A stretch of DNA of 63,705 bases, counting the filler, from Lama guanicoe (taxonomy: Eukaryota): the NCBI GenBank assembly GCA_013239625.1. It is 208 parts of 208 records of this genome, joined end to end, with 100 filler letters (N's around TTAATTAATTAA, not from the genome) between each part and the next. Parts side by side here need not be neighbours in the genome. Positions count along the whole stretch, not along the records: positions 40,784 to 40,990 come from PNXV01034086.1; positions 41,091 to 41,296 come from PNXV01034087.1; positions 41,397 to 41,603 come from PNXV01034088.1; positions 41,704 to 41,910 come from PNXV01034089.1; positions 42,011 to 42,217 come from PNXV01034090.1; positions 42,318 to 42,524 come from PNXV01034091.1; positions 42,625 to 42,831 come from PNXV01034092.1; positions 42,932 to 43,138 come from PNXV01034093.1; 200 more parts are not named here. One strand, 5' to 3'. The notes beneath the pieces were generated by a model that was given only the letters and a program-made list of their open reading frames with translations, did no database searches and was not told the DNA's origin. Shown here in pieces: positions 40,684 to 52,653 of this stretch (position 1 is the first letter of the stretch; each line of letters opens with the position of its first letter). The position numbers were made by a program, and so were the translations under genes.

Positions 40684-41134
40684 NNNNNNNNNNNNNNNNN
40701 NNNNNNNNNNNNNNNNNNNNNNNNNNNTTAATTAATTAANNNNNNNNNNNNNNNNNNNNNNNNNNNNNNNNNNNNNNNNNNNNGGTAAGATTCACAGGTA
40801 CATGGCTCAGACTTTTTAGTTCCTTCTTCACCGAGTTTCTTATCGCTTCCCTGGGCAGATGTATTGGCAGAGAGAGTTTTTCCAGTTCACCTTTTTGGAG
40901 GAGGCAGACTTCCCAGAGCTCAGTTTTCTGCAGGTGTCTCGGTTCTTGCTACATACCCTGGGGCCCTAAAGTCACATCTTCTACCCTGGCNNNNNNNNNN
41001 NNNNNNNNNNNNNNNNNNNNNNNNNNNNNNNNNNTTAATTAATTAANNNNNNNNNNNNNNNNNNNNNNNNNNNNNNNNNNNNNNNNNNNNTCCGAGTGGT
41101 GCTTGTTTCTTGGCTGGCCTGTCATTTCCGTAAC

Positions 41135-41296
41135 AACATAAAAAGCAAGCTTATGGTTACCAGGGGGCAGAGGGGTTGGGAAGGGATAAATTGGGAGTTC
41201 GAGATTTGCAGATACTAACCAATATATATATAATAGATAAACAACAGTTTTATACTGTACAGCACAGGGAACTATATTCAATATCTTGTAGTAACT
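41135..41296 (+). mobile_element. LINE-1 3' UTR fragment
   Basis: CTTATGGTTACCAGGGGG...GAAGGGATAAATTGGGAGTTCGAGATTTGCAGATACTAAC...AGCACAGGGAACTATATTCAATATCTTGTA. Confidence 0.9.
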
Positions 41297-42931
41297 NNNN
41301 NNNNNNNNNNNNNNNNNNNNNNNNNNNNNNNNNNNNNNNNTTAATTAATTAANNNNNNNNNNNNNNNNNNNNNNNNNNNNNNNNNNNNNNNNNNNNCTGA
41401 TGCCAGTCTCTTAATAAGGTCACCTGGCACAGAGTTATTTCCCCCATGAATGGGCACAGCGGGACCCCCAACACTGGCACAGGAGGGTGTCACACTGAAT
41501 GGGGCGCTGTGCAGGTCTGCGCTCATTTCCGGAAGGACAGAAGCCAGAACAAATACCACTCAGTCTATTACAAAAGTGTCAACAACCCGGCCCCTGGGAA
41601 GAANNNNNNNNNNNNNNNNNNNNNNNNNNNNNNNNNNNNNNNNNNNNTTAATTAATTAANNNNNNNNNNNNNNNNNNNNNNNNNNNNNNNNNNNNNNNNN
41701 NNNTTAACGTAAGCATTTACAGCTATGTATTTTTTTCTATCCACCGTATCTGTTGTATTCCGTAATTTTTAGTATGTTGCAATTTCCCCTGTGATATCTT
41801 CTGTAACACCCTGGTTATTTACAAGTATGGCGTTTAATTTCCACATATTTTTTAATTTCCTCAATCATCTTCCCATACTGATGAGAAATTTTGATCCATT
41901 TAGGTCAAAANNNNNNNNNNNNNNNNNNNNNNNNNNNNNNNNNNNNNNNNNNNNTTAATTAATTAANNNNNNNNNNNNNNNNNNNNNNNNNNNNNNNNNN
42001 NNNNNNNNNNTAGATCTCATGTCCTTGGGGAATGCCTCAGATTTTATGGAACAAAACTGAATTCGGAGTGTGGAGATATTTGCATTTCACTTCTTTGATC
42101 TGCCGATTCAAATCTGGAAGTTGAGGAACATTTAAAAATAGAAATTCTTCCAGGGAGGGAAGCTTTCTGTCTTCATCCTTGTTGTCCCAGCATGCAGGGT
42201 GTTATGTGACACTTGATNNNNNNNNNNNNNNNNNNNNNNNNNNNNNNNNNNNNNNNNNNNNTTAATTAATTAANNNNNNNNNNNNNNNNNNNNNNNNNNN
42301 NNNNNNNNNNNNNNNNNAGCTGACATCCACCAGTTGTGTTTATTTCTCAAAGGAGAAAGGACTCAGCACAGAGGCAGCACTAATTATGTTTTACACATAT
42401 TGCCCTGACAATGATGACTGGCGTACAGCGGCTGCTCCATTTCTAGTGGCTTTAGTAATAAACAAGTAATTCTGCGCTACACAGAATGGTGGTGATGCTT
42501 CTTGTCTCATTTAGCCTTCAGGACNNNNNNNNNNNNNNNNNNNNNNNNNNNNNNNNNNNNNNNNNNNNTTAATTAATTAANNNNNNNNNNNNNNNNNNNN
42601 NNNNNNNNNNNNNNNNNNNNNNNNTGATCTCGGGCTCACAAAGAGGAAAAGAATACACATATTTTGCCTGTGTTGTTCTATATGAAATTATTTTGACTCT
42701 TGCCGGATGGTGTAAGATCAGCGATCATGTGCTCTTTCTTACGTCGCAAAGACGACAATTCTTCTTGATGAGTCAGCAGACAGTTTCCGATGGCCCGGGG
42801 TCTGTGTCAGACATTAGCTGTCTAGACAAATNNNNNNNNNNNNNNNNNNNNNNNNNNNNNNNNNNNNNNNNNNNNTTAATTAATTAANNNNNNNNNNNNN
42901 NNNNNNNNNNNNNNNNNNNNNNNNNNNNNNN

Positions 42932-43138
42932 GACTAAATCCACCCCTCCCCCAATTTTATATGTTGAATCCCTAACCTGTAATGCGACATTTTTCGCAAT
43001 AGGGCCTTTAAATAAGTAATTACATTTAAATGAGGTCATAAAGGTTGGGCCCTGATCCAGTAGGACTACTGTCCCTACAAGAGGAAGAGACATCGGGATG
43101 AGCACACACAGAGAAAAGACCAAGGAGGACATAATGAG
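42932..43138 (+). mobile_element. MaLR LTR (MLT1-like) 5' part
   Basis: TATATGTTGAATCCCTAACC...ATAGGGCCTTTA...TTAAATGAGGTCATAAAGGTTGGGCCCTGATCCAGTAGGACT...AAGAGGAAGAGAC. Confidence 0.85.
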
Positions 43139-44159
43139 NNNNNNNNNNNNNNNNNNNNNNNNNNNNNNNNNNNNNNNNNNNNTTAATTAATTAANNNNNN
43201 NNNNNNNNNNNNNNNNNNNNNNNNNNNNNNNNNNNNNNGGTGAAGGTGATGATGAAAGCAACCAAGGAAGTCCTGCAGAAGCCTATTCCAGGCTTGTGGG
43301 TAAGCAAAGGAAGTAAATTGTTTTAGTCCGGTCATCCTGTAGCTCCTGCCCGAGAATATGAACTGAAGGGGAGATAAGATGGACCTGCCACTGAAATAGG
43401 ACCTGAATCTGTAGCAGCCCTGCTCCCCAAGTTACTAACCCCTGTNNNNNNNNNNNNNNNNNNNNNNNNNNNNNNNNNNNNNNNNNNNNTTAATTAATTA
43501 ANNNNNNNNNNNNNNNNNNNNNNNNNNNNNNNNNNNNNNNNNNNNTCACATCAAAGGGCTATTGGGGGTGAAGCGCCAGTTTCCTTCTCCCCTCAATAGG
43601 TTTTTCTTCCCATCAAGCCCCAGCCCCAAGCCTGGCAGCCCCCAAATGCCTGAGCGGCCGCTCGGAGCTGGCCTGTGGGGAGTGTCTGTAATCACTGTGC
43701 GCCGTCCACCGTTCTATCAGGCAGTAATGGTTTCTTGATCATTTAATGTGACNNNNNNNNNNNNNNNNNNNNNNNNNNNNNNNNNNNNNNNNNNNNTTAA
43801 TTAATTAANNNNNNNNNNNNNNNNNNNNNNNNNNNNNNNNNNNNNNNNNNNNCCAGCATGCCGTCGGGTGTCGCAGATGGTGATTTTCTAGCTCTGTCAT
43901 TTCTTCTGAAGTGATTGGCTGGAATTTGTCTATAAAAACAAACTTTCCCTCATCAACTTTTTTGGCTTTCCCGAGTACAGTTCATACAGGAAAGACAGCA
44001 TAAATGACACTCTCATACTCTCAATGGTGACCGATTCTTTTTAGTGTAATTATTAATTCNNNNNNNNNNNNNNNNNNNNNNNNNNNNNNNNNNNNNNNNN
44101 NNNTTAATTAATTAANNNNNNNNNNNNNNNNNNNNNNNNNNNNNNNNNNNNNNNNNNNN

Positions 44160-44365
44160 TCGGTTTTACAGTGACAACTGCAGGAACTTCAAACCGGCAC
44201 TAGGAAACTGCCTGAGAAACCACAGTAAGTGTTTCTCCTGCAACACGTTCCCTTTGTGCTAGATGAACGAATGTCTATCCACATACTCAGTTCTGAGAGA
44301 TAAATGTATGTGAAATCCGTCCTTCACTTAGCTTGAAGGGAACACAAAGTTTCTTTCCAGTTGAG
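44160..44365 (-). repeat. ~248-bp-monomer satellite fragment (reverse orientation)
   Basis: Reverse complement reads CAACTGGAAAGAAACTTTGTGTTCCCTTCAAGCTAAGTGAAG...TTCGTTCATCTAGCACAAAGGGAAC...CACTGTAAAACCGA. Confidence 0.85.
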
Positions 44366-44772
44366 NNNNNNNNNNNNNNNNNNNNNNNNNNNNNNNNNNN
44401 NNNNNNNNNTTAATTAATTAANNNNNNNNNNNNNNNNNNNNNNNNNNNNNNNNNNNNNNNNNNNNCGTTTATAAGCTGAGGGAAGGAGTCAGGAGAAGAA
44501 GAGTTTAAATATGCAGGAAGGAGAGAGATGTAAGAAACACAGATACATCAGGCTCCCAGAGGCGGGGGTGGAGGATGGGGTTGGCACCCAGATGGAGGAG
44601 TTAAAACCAGAGAAGGCAACTTGCATTTATTGTTGAGTCATGCGTGCCTCTTGCTCTTCAGTCTCAGAGGTGNNNNNNNNNNNNNNNNNNNNNNNNNNNN
44701 NNNNNNNNNNNNNNNNTTAATTAATTAANNNNNNNNNNNNNNNNNNNNNNNNNNNNNNNNNNNNNNNNNNNN

Positions 44773-44979
44773 ATAACTTAGTCTATTAGTACCTACAGCT
44801 CCCAGGAACGGCCCCCAAACTTGTGATCTATAGAGTCAGCAATCAAACATCAGGGATCGCTGATTGCTTCTCTGGCTCCAAGTCTGGCAACATGGCCTCC
44901 CTGACCATCTCTGGGCTCTAGTCTGTGGATGAGGCTGATTATTTCTGTGCCTCATATAGAAGTGGTGGCACTCTACACA
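44773..44979 (+). pseudogene. Immunoglobulin lambda variable (IGLV2-like) pseudogene, FR2 to CDR3
   Basis: Frame from 44775: [68 protein letters not shown] stops at 44787 and 44919. Ends in CACA (44976-44979), the expected start of the RSS heptamer. Confidence 0.93.
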
Positions 44980-45693
44980 NNNNNNNNNNNNNNNNNNNNN
45001 NNNNNNNNNNNNNNNNNNNNNNNTTAATTAATTAANNNNNNNNNNNNNNNNNNNNNNNNNNNNNNNNNNNNNNNNNNNNGCAGCTGTCTCTTAGTGACTT
45101 TATTTTCTTTGATTTTTCTCTAATTTCATGTTTTCTATAATGGGCCTAGGTTGCATTTGAAATAAGAAATGATATAAAATCTTACCAAAAAGGCTAATAG
45201 ATTTAAAAAGTAATAGGGGTATAATTTTAAGTCAGAAATGGGTAAGAAATTACTGTTTTATAATATATATGGTGAGTATGGAAGTANNNNNNNNNNNNNN
45301 NNNNNNNNNNNNNNNNNNNNNNNNNNNNNNTTAATTAATTAANNNNNNNNNNNNNNNNNNNNNNNNNNNNNNNNNNNNNNNNNNNNACCATAGACTTATT
45401 ATTTGAAACAAGACTCATCGAGAATGGCACTAGAAGGGAAGGTGTGAAGTGCTCGCCAACTCTGAGCTGAGTGACCCAACCATGATAACTTATCACAATT
45501 ATAATCTCTTTATGTTCATGGGTAAAACCTCAGAACTCCTCTAACCCTGGAGAAGGGTCTTGTGACACTGAGATGAGGGGCAAGAAGACCACANNNNNNN
45601 NNNNNNNNNNNNNNNNNNNNNNNNNNNNNNNNNNNNNTTAATTAATTAANNNNNNNNNNNNNNNNNNNNNNNNNNNNNNNNNNNNNNNNNNNN

Positions 45694-45900
45694 GCTGCCC
45701 ATCCTGGCACTACAGCACCCAGAATCCTCAGCGTTTCCACCCACCCAGGCACCACAGTACCCAGAATCCTCAGCGTTTCCGCCCACCCAAGGACTACAGT
45801 ACCCAGATTCTGCGTGTGTCCCCTCCTCTAATCCTGGGGCTACAGTACTCAGAGGTCTCAGTGTTAACTGATCCCCACCAGGGCCAATCCTGGGATTACA
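45694..45900. repeat. Minisatellite, ~42-bp unit, decaying
   Basis: ACAG(C/T)ACCCAGAATCCTCAGCGTTTCC repeats, with AGAATCCT at 45721 and 45763 and more divergent copies after. Confidence 0.8.
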
Positions 45901-47279
45901 NNNNNNNNNNNNNNNNNNNNNNNNNNNNNNNNNNNNNNNNNNNNTTAATTAATTAANNNNNNNNNNNNNNNNNNNNNNNNNNNNNNNNNNNNNNNNNNNN
46001 GGGGGAGAGAGAAACAAAGATGGGATTGTCTTCCAACTTTCCTGGCCCAGTGGCAAGATGCTACTCCTGTGTCCTACCCTGACCTAATTTGGGGGACTTT
46101 ATTAAAACAGAGGAACATTTGACTTTATAACAATATTGCCTAGATGGCAGCGATCTCAGTTTGTCATTAATAAAACTACTTACTAGGCTAATCTATTTGT
46201 TACCTGANNNNNNNNNNNNNNNNNNNNNNNNNNNNNNNNNNNNNNNNNNNNTTAATTAATTAANNNNNNNNNNNNNNNNNNNNNNNNNNNNNNNNNNNNN
46301 NNNNNNNAGGCTTCACACAGTGACCAAGTGGAGGGTCTTAGTCCTCAGTCATCTGTCCATCTCCACTTAGTACCAAGATATCTGCTGTCGCTGTTTTTGC
46401 AACCCAGACCTGGTGGCTCTCTGATGCATGCCACACTACACATGGGCCTCAGGAATCTCTGTCTCATGCAAAGCTGAGCTCTAAAGTGCCTGTGATCTAG
46501 GTTTGCCAAGTTGANNNNNNNNNNNNNNNNNNNNNNNNNNNNNNNNNNNNNNNNNNNNTTAATTAATTAANNNNNNNNNNNNNNNNNNNNNNNNNNNNNN
46601 NNNNNNNNNNNNNNCACCAGCTTTCTTGTGACTAGTGTTTATGTTGTAAACATTTTTACATCTTTTTATTTTCAATCATTCTGTAGCCACATATTTAAGA
46701 TACACTGCTTATATAATGTATATAATTTATAGAAAGTCTAGTGTGACAATCTTTGTCTTTTAATGACAACAGTAAGTCAATTTATGTTTAATGTAATTAC
46801 TTATGCATGAGTTTAAGTCTANNNNNNNNNNNNNNNNNNNNNNNNNNNNNNNNNNNNNNNNNNNNTTAATTAATTAANNNNNNNNNNNNNNNNNNNNNNN
46901 NNNNNNNNNNNNNNNNNNNNNGTGTGCATATGTGTGGTGGTTATATAGAAATATTCACTTTGTAAACACTCATGGAACTGTAGAATTAAGATTTGGGCAC
47001 TTCAATGAATGTTGTACCTCTTTAAAAATAAAATGTAAAACAAAATGATATTATTGATACTCAGAATGTTGAAACTCCTAGTAGGTTCCTTAAACTTTTG
47101 TATGTGACAGGAGGGCAGACAGAGTGTGNNNNNNNNNNNNNNNNNNNNNNNNNNNNNNNNNNNNNNNNNNNNTTAATTAATTAANNNNNNNNNNNNNNNN
47201 NNNNNNNNNNNNNNNNNNNNNNNNNNNNAACAATAATAATAAAGGGAAATGAGGAGGTAGCCTATGAGGAGGGAGTTAA

Positions 47280-47375
47280 AATTATCCCCATTTTATAGAT
47301 GAGGAAACTGAGGCACAGACTGGTGAAATCACCAGTCCGTGGTCACCCAACTAATGAGTGGTAGATGTGCTACTC
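47280..47375 (-). mobile_element. MIR SINE core
   Basis: ATTATCCCCATTTTATAGATGAGGAAACTGAGGCACAGA...GGTCACCCAACTAATGAGTGG. Confidence 0.85.
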
Positions 47376-47919
47376 CCGATCCAGGTTCTGAGCTGAGCAA
47401 TTCACACGCTCATTTTGTTAAATATTCACAAACTCNNNNNNNNNNNNNNNNNNNNNNNNNNNNNNNNNNNNNNNNNNNNTTAATTAATTAANNNNNNNNN
47501 NNNNNNNNNNNNNNNNNNNNNNNNNNNNNNNNNNNGATTAGTGGACATTTCAAGGACAGCTGGATTTTTTTGTGAAATCATCCCGTTTTAAATGCTCTAT
47601 TTAATTTAATTTTTTAACTGTAAAGACTGAAGGGGTAAAAAAGGCGCTAGATGGGACTTGTCCTCTAGGACAGAACAAGCACCAGGCCGCCTCTCTTCTG
47701 CAGACTTTCTTGTTCATCTTCTCAGCAACAGTCCCCTTTCAANNNNNNNNNNNNNNNNNNNNNNNNNNNNNNNNNNNNNNNNNNNNTTAATTAATTAANN
47801 NNNNNNNNNNNNNNNNNNNNNNNNNNNNNNNNNNNNNNNNNNAAGATACATCGAGGACGTGAGAAGAAAACTGCATTTTGTACCTCTGCCTGGATTTTTT
47901 GGTTTTGAAAATTGGAAGT

Positions 47920-48049
47920 GGCCGTGGAGCACAGTGGTTAAGAGGATCTAGTCTGCAGTCAGACCACCCAGGTTTCAGTTTGGGCCCCGTCACTCAAGCT
48001 GAGTGCCCTTGGACACACTACTTAACTCCTTACGTCTCAGTTTCCTCAT
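47920..48049 (+). mobile_element. MIR SINE 5' half
   Basis: GCACAGTGGTTAAGAG...CAGAC...CTTAACTC...CTCAGTTTCCTCAT. Confidence 0.8.
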
Positions 48050-49991
48050 NNNNNNNNNNNNNNNNNNNNNNNNNNNNNNNNNNNNNNNNNNNNTTAATTA
48101 ATTAANNNNNNNNNNNNNNNNNNNNNNNNNNNNNNNNNNNNNNNNNNNNTTGTGTGAGAAACTTGAATTTTATACCAAATCTAATGAGAAAACCTTGAGT
48201 GTTTAAAATATACTAGTGATGTGTATTTGGCTACACATTAACCAAATATCCAAATAGCTGTTTTGTAAAACACATAAAAATATAACCAATATAATGTGAG
48301 AAAAGTGTATTTGAAAACAGACATAAGTGAACCCTCACCTTCCTTCAAGAAAATGGNNNNNNNNNNNNNNNNNNNNNNNNNNNNNNNNNNNNNNNNNNNN
48401 TTAATTAATTAANNNNNNNNNNNNNNNNNNNNNNNNNNNNNNNNNNNNNNNNNNNNAAATAAAATGGAATAAACACAAAGTAATGAAAAATTAGGATCTG
48501 TAAATTTGTATGTTTACATGAGGAGGGCAGGAAGCCTTCTCCTCTGCAGGTAGCAGCAATTATGTCGGTGCATGTAGAACCGGAAAGATTGCTAAGAGAT
48601 GGCCAGTGGGCGCAGAGCTCTAAGCAGCCAGGTAAATTAGCAGGAAGACCTGCCACTTCCCTGNNNNNNNNNNNNNNNNNNNNNNNNNNNNNNNNNNNNN
48701 NNNNNNNTTAATTAATTAANNNNNNNNNNNNNNNNNNNNNNNNNNNNNNNNNNNNNNNNNNNNGTCTGCTGCACACGATGGGGTGTCGCTCCAGGACTTT
48801 GCTTCAGACATGTCAGATCCCTCTGTCCCTTACACCATCGATATCTCTGTCACCAATGCTGGTCCCTTTCTTCAGTCTCGAGGCCACGCAGGTACCGGGC
48901 TTGTTGGCCTGCAGGGTGCATCCCCACAGCAGCCTTCTGCGTCTCCTGGTATCAGAAGTGGGACTTGTCCNNNNNNNNNNNNNNNNNNNNNNNNNNNNNN
49001 NNNNNNNNNNNNNNTTAATTAATTAANNNNNNNNNNNNNNNNNNNNNNNNNNNNNNNNNNNNNNNNNNNNGAGGAGGGGTTGAGGGGGTAAAGGCAGGAG
49101 TAATTTACACAGTTATACAGTTAAATTGTTTCCCAAGACGATTCTGTGAAATGACAGTCACCAGAAATGTGTCCCTCGCTGTGACTTTGAAAAGAGAAAT
49201 GTTACCATCTTTCAAAGGTAACTGCACAGTCACCTCACCATCTGAACTGCATCCCAGCAAAGTGGACACACACTGTGNNNNNNNNNNNNNNNNNNNNNNN
49301 NNNNNNNNNNNNNNNNNNNNNTTAATTAATTAANNNNNNNNNNNNNNNNNNNNNNNNNNNNNNNNNNNNNNNNNNNNGAGAGGGGCTTAAATTCACATCA
49401 TCTACTGTCAACTCTGGTTTGGGTCTTAAACTATACTGCAGGCAATACTATCGAGAAAATGAAATAAAACTGCAGTCCCTTCCTTGGGCTTTCCAGTGGA
49501 CAAAAGCACGTGATCGGCTGATGAGATTAAAAAGAGAATTAACTTCAGTTCCACTGGCAAATCTAATTTTGCTGCCCTAGTTCTNNNNNNNNNNNNNNNN
49601 NNNNNNNNNNNNNNNNNNNNNNNNNNNNTTAATTAATTAANNNNNNNNNNNNNNNNNNNNNNNNNNNNNNNNNNNNNNNNNNNNGAGAAAACAAACAACA
49701 TCCAGGCTACAAGTGTTGCTAATTTTTGTTCCGGTAAACAAAAGGTGACTTCTTTTTAGGAAGTCTGTCCATTGTTTTGAAAACTCCAGCATACAGTTTA
49801 TCAAATGAAGTGTGTCCTGCTAATAACTTACAGTTAACTTATGTAAGTTCCTTAAAATTCATACAGTGTTCTTACACATAATATCATCTGANNNNNNNNN
49901 NNNNNNNNNNNNNNNNNNNNNNNNNNNNNNNNNNNTTAATTAATTAANNNNNNNNNNNNNNNNNNNNNNNNNNNNNNNNNNNNNNNNNNNN

Positions 49992-50198
49992 AAAAAAAAA
50001 ATACCATACAATATCACTCATACATGGACTCTGAAAGAAAAAAAAAAACAAATGAACTTATATATAAAACAGAAACAGACTTATACACATAGCATACAGA
50101 CTTGTGGTTGCCAGGGGGAAAGGGGGAGGGAAGGGATAAACTGGGAGTCTGAGATTTGCAAATACTGACTGGTATATATAAAACAGATAAACAAGTTT
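49992..50198 (+). mobile_element. LINE-1 3' UTR fragment
   Basis: ACAAATGAACTTAT..ATAAAACAGAAACAGAC...CTTGTGGTTGCCAGGGGG...GGGATAAACTGGGAGT.TGAGATTTGCA. Confidence 0.9.
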
Positions 50199-50605
50199 NN
50201 NNNNNNNNNNNNNNNNNNNNNNNNNNNNNNNNNNNNNNNNNNTTAATTAATTAANNNNNNNNNNNNNNNNNNNNNNNNNNNNNNNNNNNNNNNNNNNNCT
50301 TCCCTCAGCTTGTCGTGCCCTGGCCATCCTGACCCCCTGACCGTGCTACTTCAAGTGGCAGCAGCCCCAGCTGCACACTCACTGCACCGTCTCTTTCTCC
50401 TCCCACATGGCATCGGCTGTGAACACCGGGTAATTCCTGTGCCCTTATTCTCTGTTCTGCCACGATGTAGCTCCCAACAAGGCAGAGGAGTTTGCCCTGC
50501 TGGCTNNNNNNNNNNNNNNNNNNNNNNNNNNNNNNNNNNNNNNNNNNNNTTAATTAATTAANNNNNNNNNNNNNNNNNNNNNNNNNNNNNNNNNNNNNNN
50601 NNNNN

Positions 50606-50755
50606 TGTACTGTGGACTCTGACTGGGCTTTTGCCGATACCAGTGTATATAGTCGCTTCCACCGATGGTAGCGTGGCTGCAAGGCAGGGTTACGTTTTCT
50701 CCTTCAGCAAGATCCTTGGATTTGGGCTGGTCAATCTCACCTTCAATCACAGTCC
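50606..50755 (-). CDS. T-cell receptor alpha variable segment (TRAV26-like), 5' part of the V exon; possibly a pseudogene
   Basis: GTVIEGEIDQPKSKDLAEGENVTLPCSHATIGGSDYIHWYRQKPSQSPQY matches the TRAV26 pattern (LPCNHSTISG.DYIHWYRQ.PSQGP.Y) with the conserved Cys and Trp. An intron CTAAT and pyrimidine tract lie upstream. Confidence 0.88.
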
Positions 50756-51544
50756 CCAAGGGATCAAGAAAATAAAATTAGCTCCTGAGCACACATCAGT
50801 GTAATTCTGTGGNNNNNNNNNNNNNNNNNNNNNNNNNNNNNNNNNNNNNNNNNNNNTTAATTAATTAANNNNNNNNNNNNNNNNNNNNNNNNNNNNNNNN
50901 NNNNNNNNNNNNTGCCGGGACTCCCAGAAGTGATTGGAAAGAGGGCACTGGGGTGTGGTGGTAGCGCTTCAGCAGGGCTCCCTGCTGATGTTAGACAAGG
51001 AGACACCACAGATCCACCGGGTCTGAGCAACTGTTCCCGTAAACACCAGCAGGAAAACGGTAACGAGAAAGAAGAGGGAAATGAGACAGGGGCTGCTTTT
51101 CTGGGGCAAGATCTGTCTTNNNNNNNNNNNNNNNNNNNNNNNNNNNNNNNNNNNNNNNNNNNNTTAATTAATTAANNNNNNNNNNNNNNNNNNNNNNNNN
51201 NNNNNNNNNNNNNNNNNNNGTGTGTTCTGGGGCAGCTGAAGAAGTTGAAACTATGTTTCTATGTAATACAGTTACTTATACATTATAAACATATTCTACC
51301 TTATTATATATTATATATCTATCTAGATTATAACTCTGCTCAGAACTTAAGCACAGTAACAAACAGTGTAATTTTTATGAGAAAGCAGCTGTTAGCAGCA
51401 CATTCCTGACTGGCCAGAAGCCCTTANNNNNNNNNNNNNNNNNNNNNNNNNNNNNNNNNNNNNNNNNNNNTTAATTAATTAANNNNNNNNNNNNNNNNNN
51501 NNNNNNNNNNNNNNNNNNNNNNNNNNGCTGTGGAACCAGAGTAT

Positions 51545-51712
51545 GCAGGCCCAGCTGCATAATTCGTGGGGCCCCAGGCAAAATGAGAATGCTGGGCCTC
51601 TTGTTCAAAATAAAGATGTCAAAACAGTGACAGCCGAGTGCTCACCAAGAATTAACCCTTCAGAGCATGGGGCCCTGTGTCAGTGCACAAGGACACCCAT
51701 GAAGACGGCCAG
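51545..51712 (-). mobile_element. MER45-like hAT DNA transposon, near full length
   Basis: GCATAATTCGTGGGGCCCCAGGCAAAATGAGAATGCTGGGCCTCTTGTTCAAAA...GGGGCCCTGTG...CCCATGAAGACGGCC. Confidence 0.75.
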
Positions 51713-52447
51713 GCCACTGAACAGACAGGCCAGNNNNNNNNNNNNNNNNNNNNNNNNNNNNNNNNNNNNNNNNNNNNTTAATTAATTAANNNNNNNNNNN
51801 NNNNNNNNNNNNNNNNNNNNNNNNNNNNNNNNNTACATGGGAGGCATTGTTACACAAGTCTTCAGATCATTCCCTGAAGGACCTGTCACCAAAAGGGCAA
51901 ATTCATTTACTTGTCATAAAGCAGGAACCAAAAGCCTCATTACACTAATTAAGGAAAGACGCATTTGGGTCTTTGTTGTTGAGAGCTGAACGGTCTCACA
52001 TCTGCACCTGAAAGGGGAATCAAATGGAGTCAAAGACATTNNNNNNNNNNNNNNNNNNNNNNNNNNNNNNNNNNNNNNNNNNNNTTAATTAATTAANNNN
52101 NNNNNNNNNNNNNNNNNNNNNNNNNNNNNNNNNNNNNNNNTTCAACTACCTAAGTGGAGGAAATCAGAAGGGGTTACAAAGATGATGTCGCTACTGACAT
52201 CAACATAGTTCTGAGTCACAGGAATTTTCCTCATCCCCGGGGATCGGTTTTAGCTAATATAGACCAAATCAATAAAACATGCTTATTTTTCTGGTATGAC
52301 CTGTGGATGTAGGCTTGCTTAAGAAACAAAAGTTGAAAGTTAACTTGNNNNNNNNNNNNNNNNNNNNNNNNNNNNNNNNNNNNNNNNNNNNTTAATTAAT
52401 TAANNNNNNNNNNNNNNNNNNNNNNNNNNNNNNNNNNNNNNNNNNNN

Positions 52448-52653
52448 TATTTTTAATTGTGTGTTCTACATTCTACATTCTAAATACTATATTAAGAATT
52501 TTGTATTCAAAATTCTAAATTCTGTGTTCCGAAATCTATATTCTATATTCTATATTCAGTATTCTGTATTCTATATTCTGTGTTCTGCTTTCAATAGTGT
52601 ATAAACTATATTCAGCTTTCTGTATTCTATATTATAATTTCTGTGTTCTACAT
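52448..52653 (-). repeat. TAGAATA-type satellite fragment (reverse orientation)
   Basis: Tandem TATTCTA/CATTCTA/TGTTCTA units. Confidence 0.9.

Noticed and set aside
44773..50812. IGLV and TRAV segments 6 kb apart as a hybrid Ig/TCR locus
   Set aside because: They are separate contigs placed near each other only by length sorting. Multigene V families are expected among unplaced fragments.
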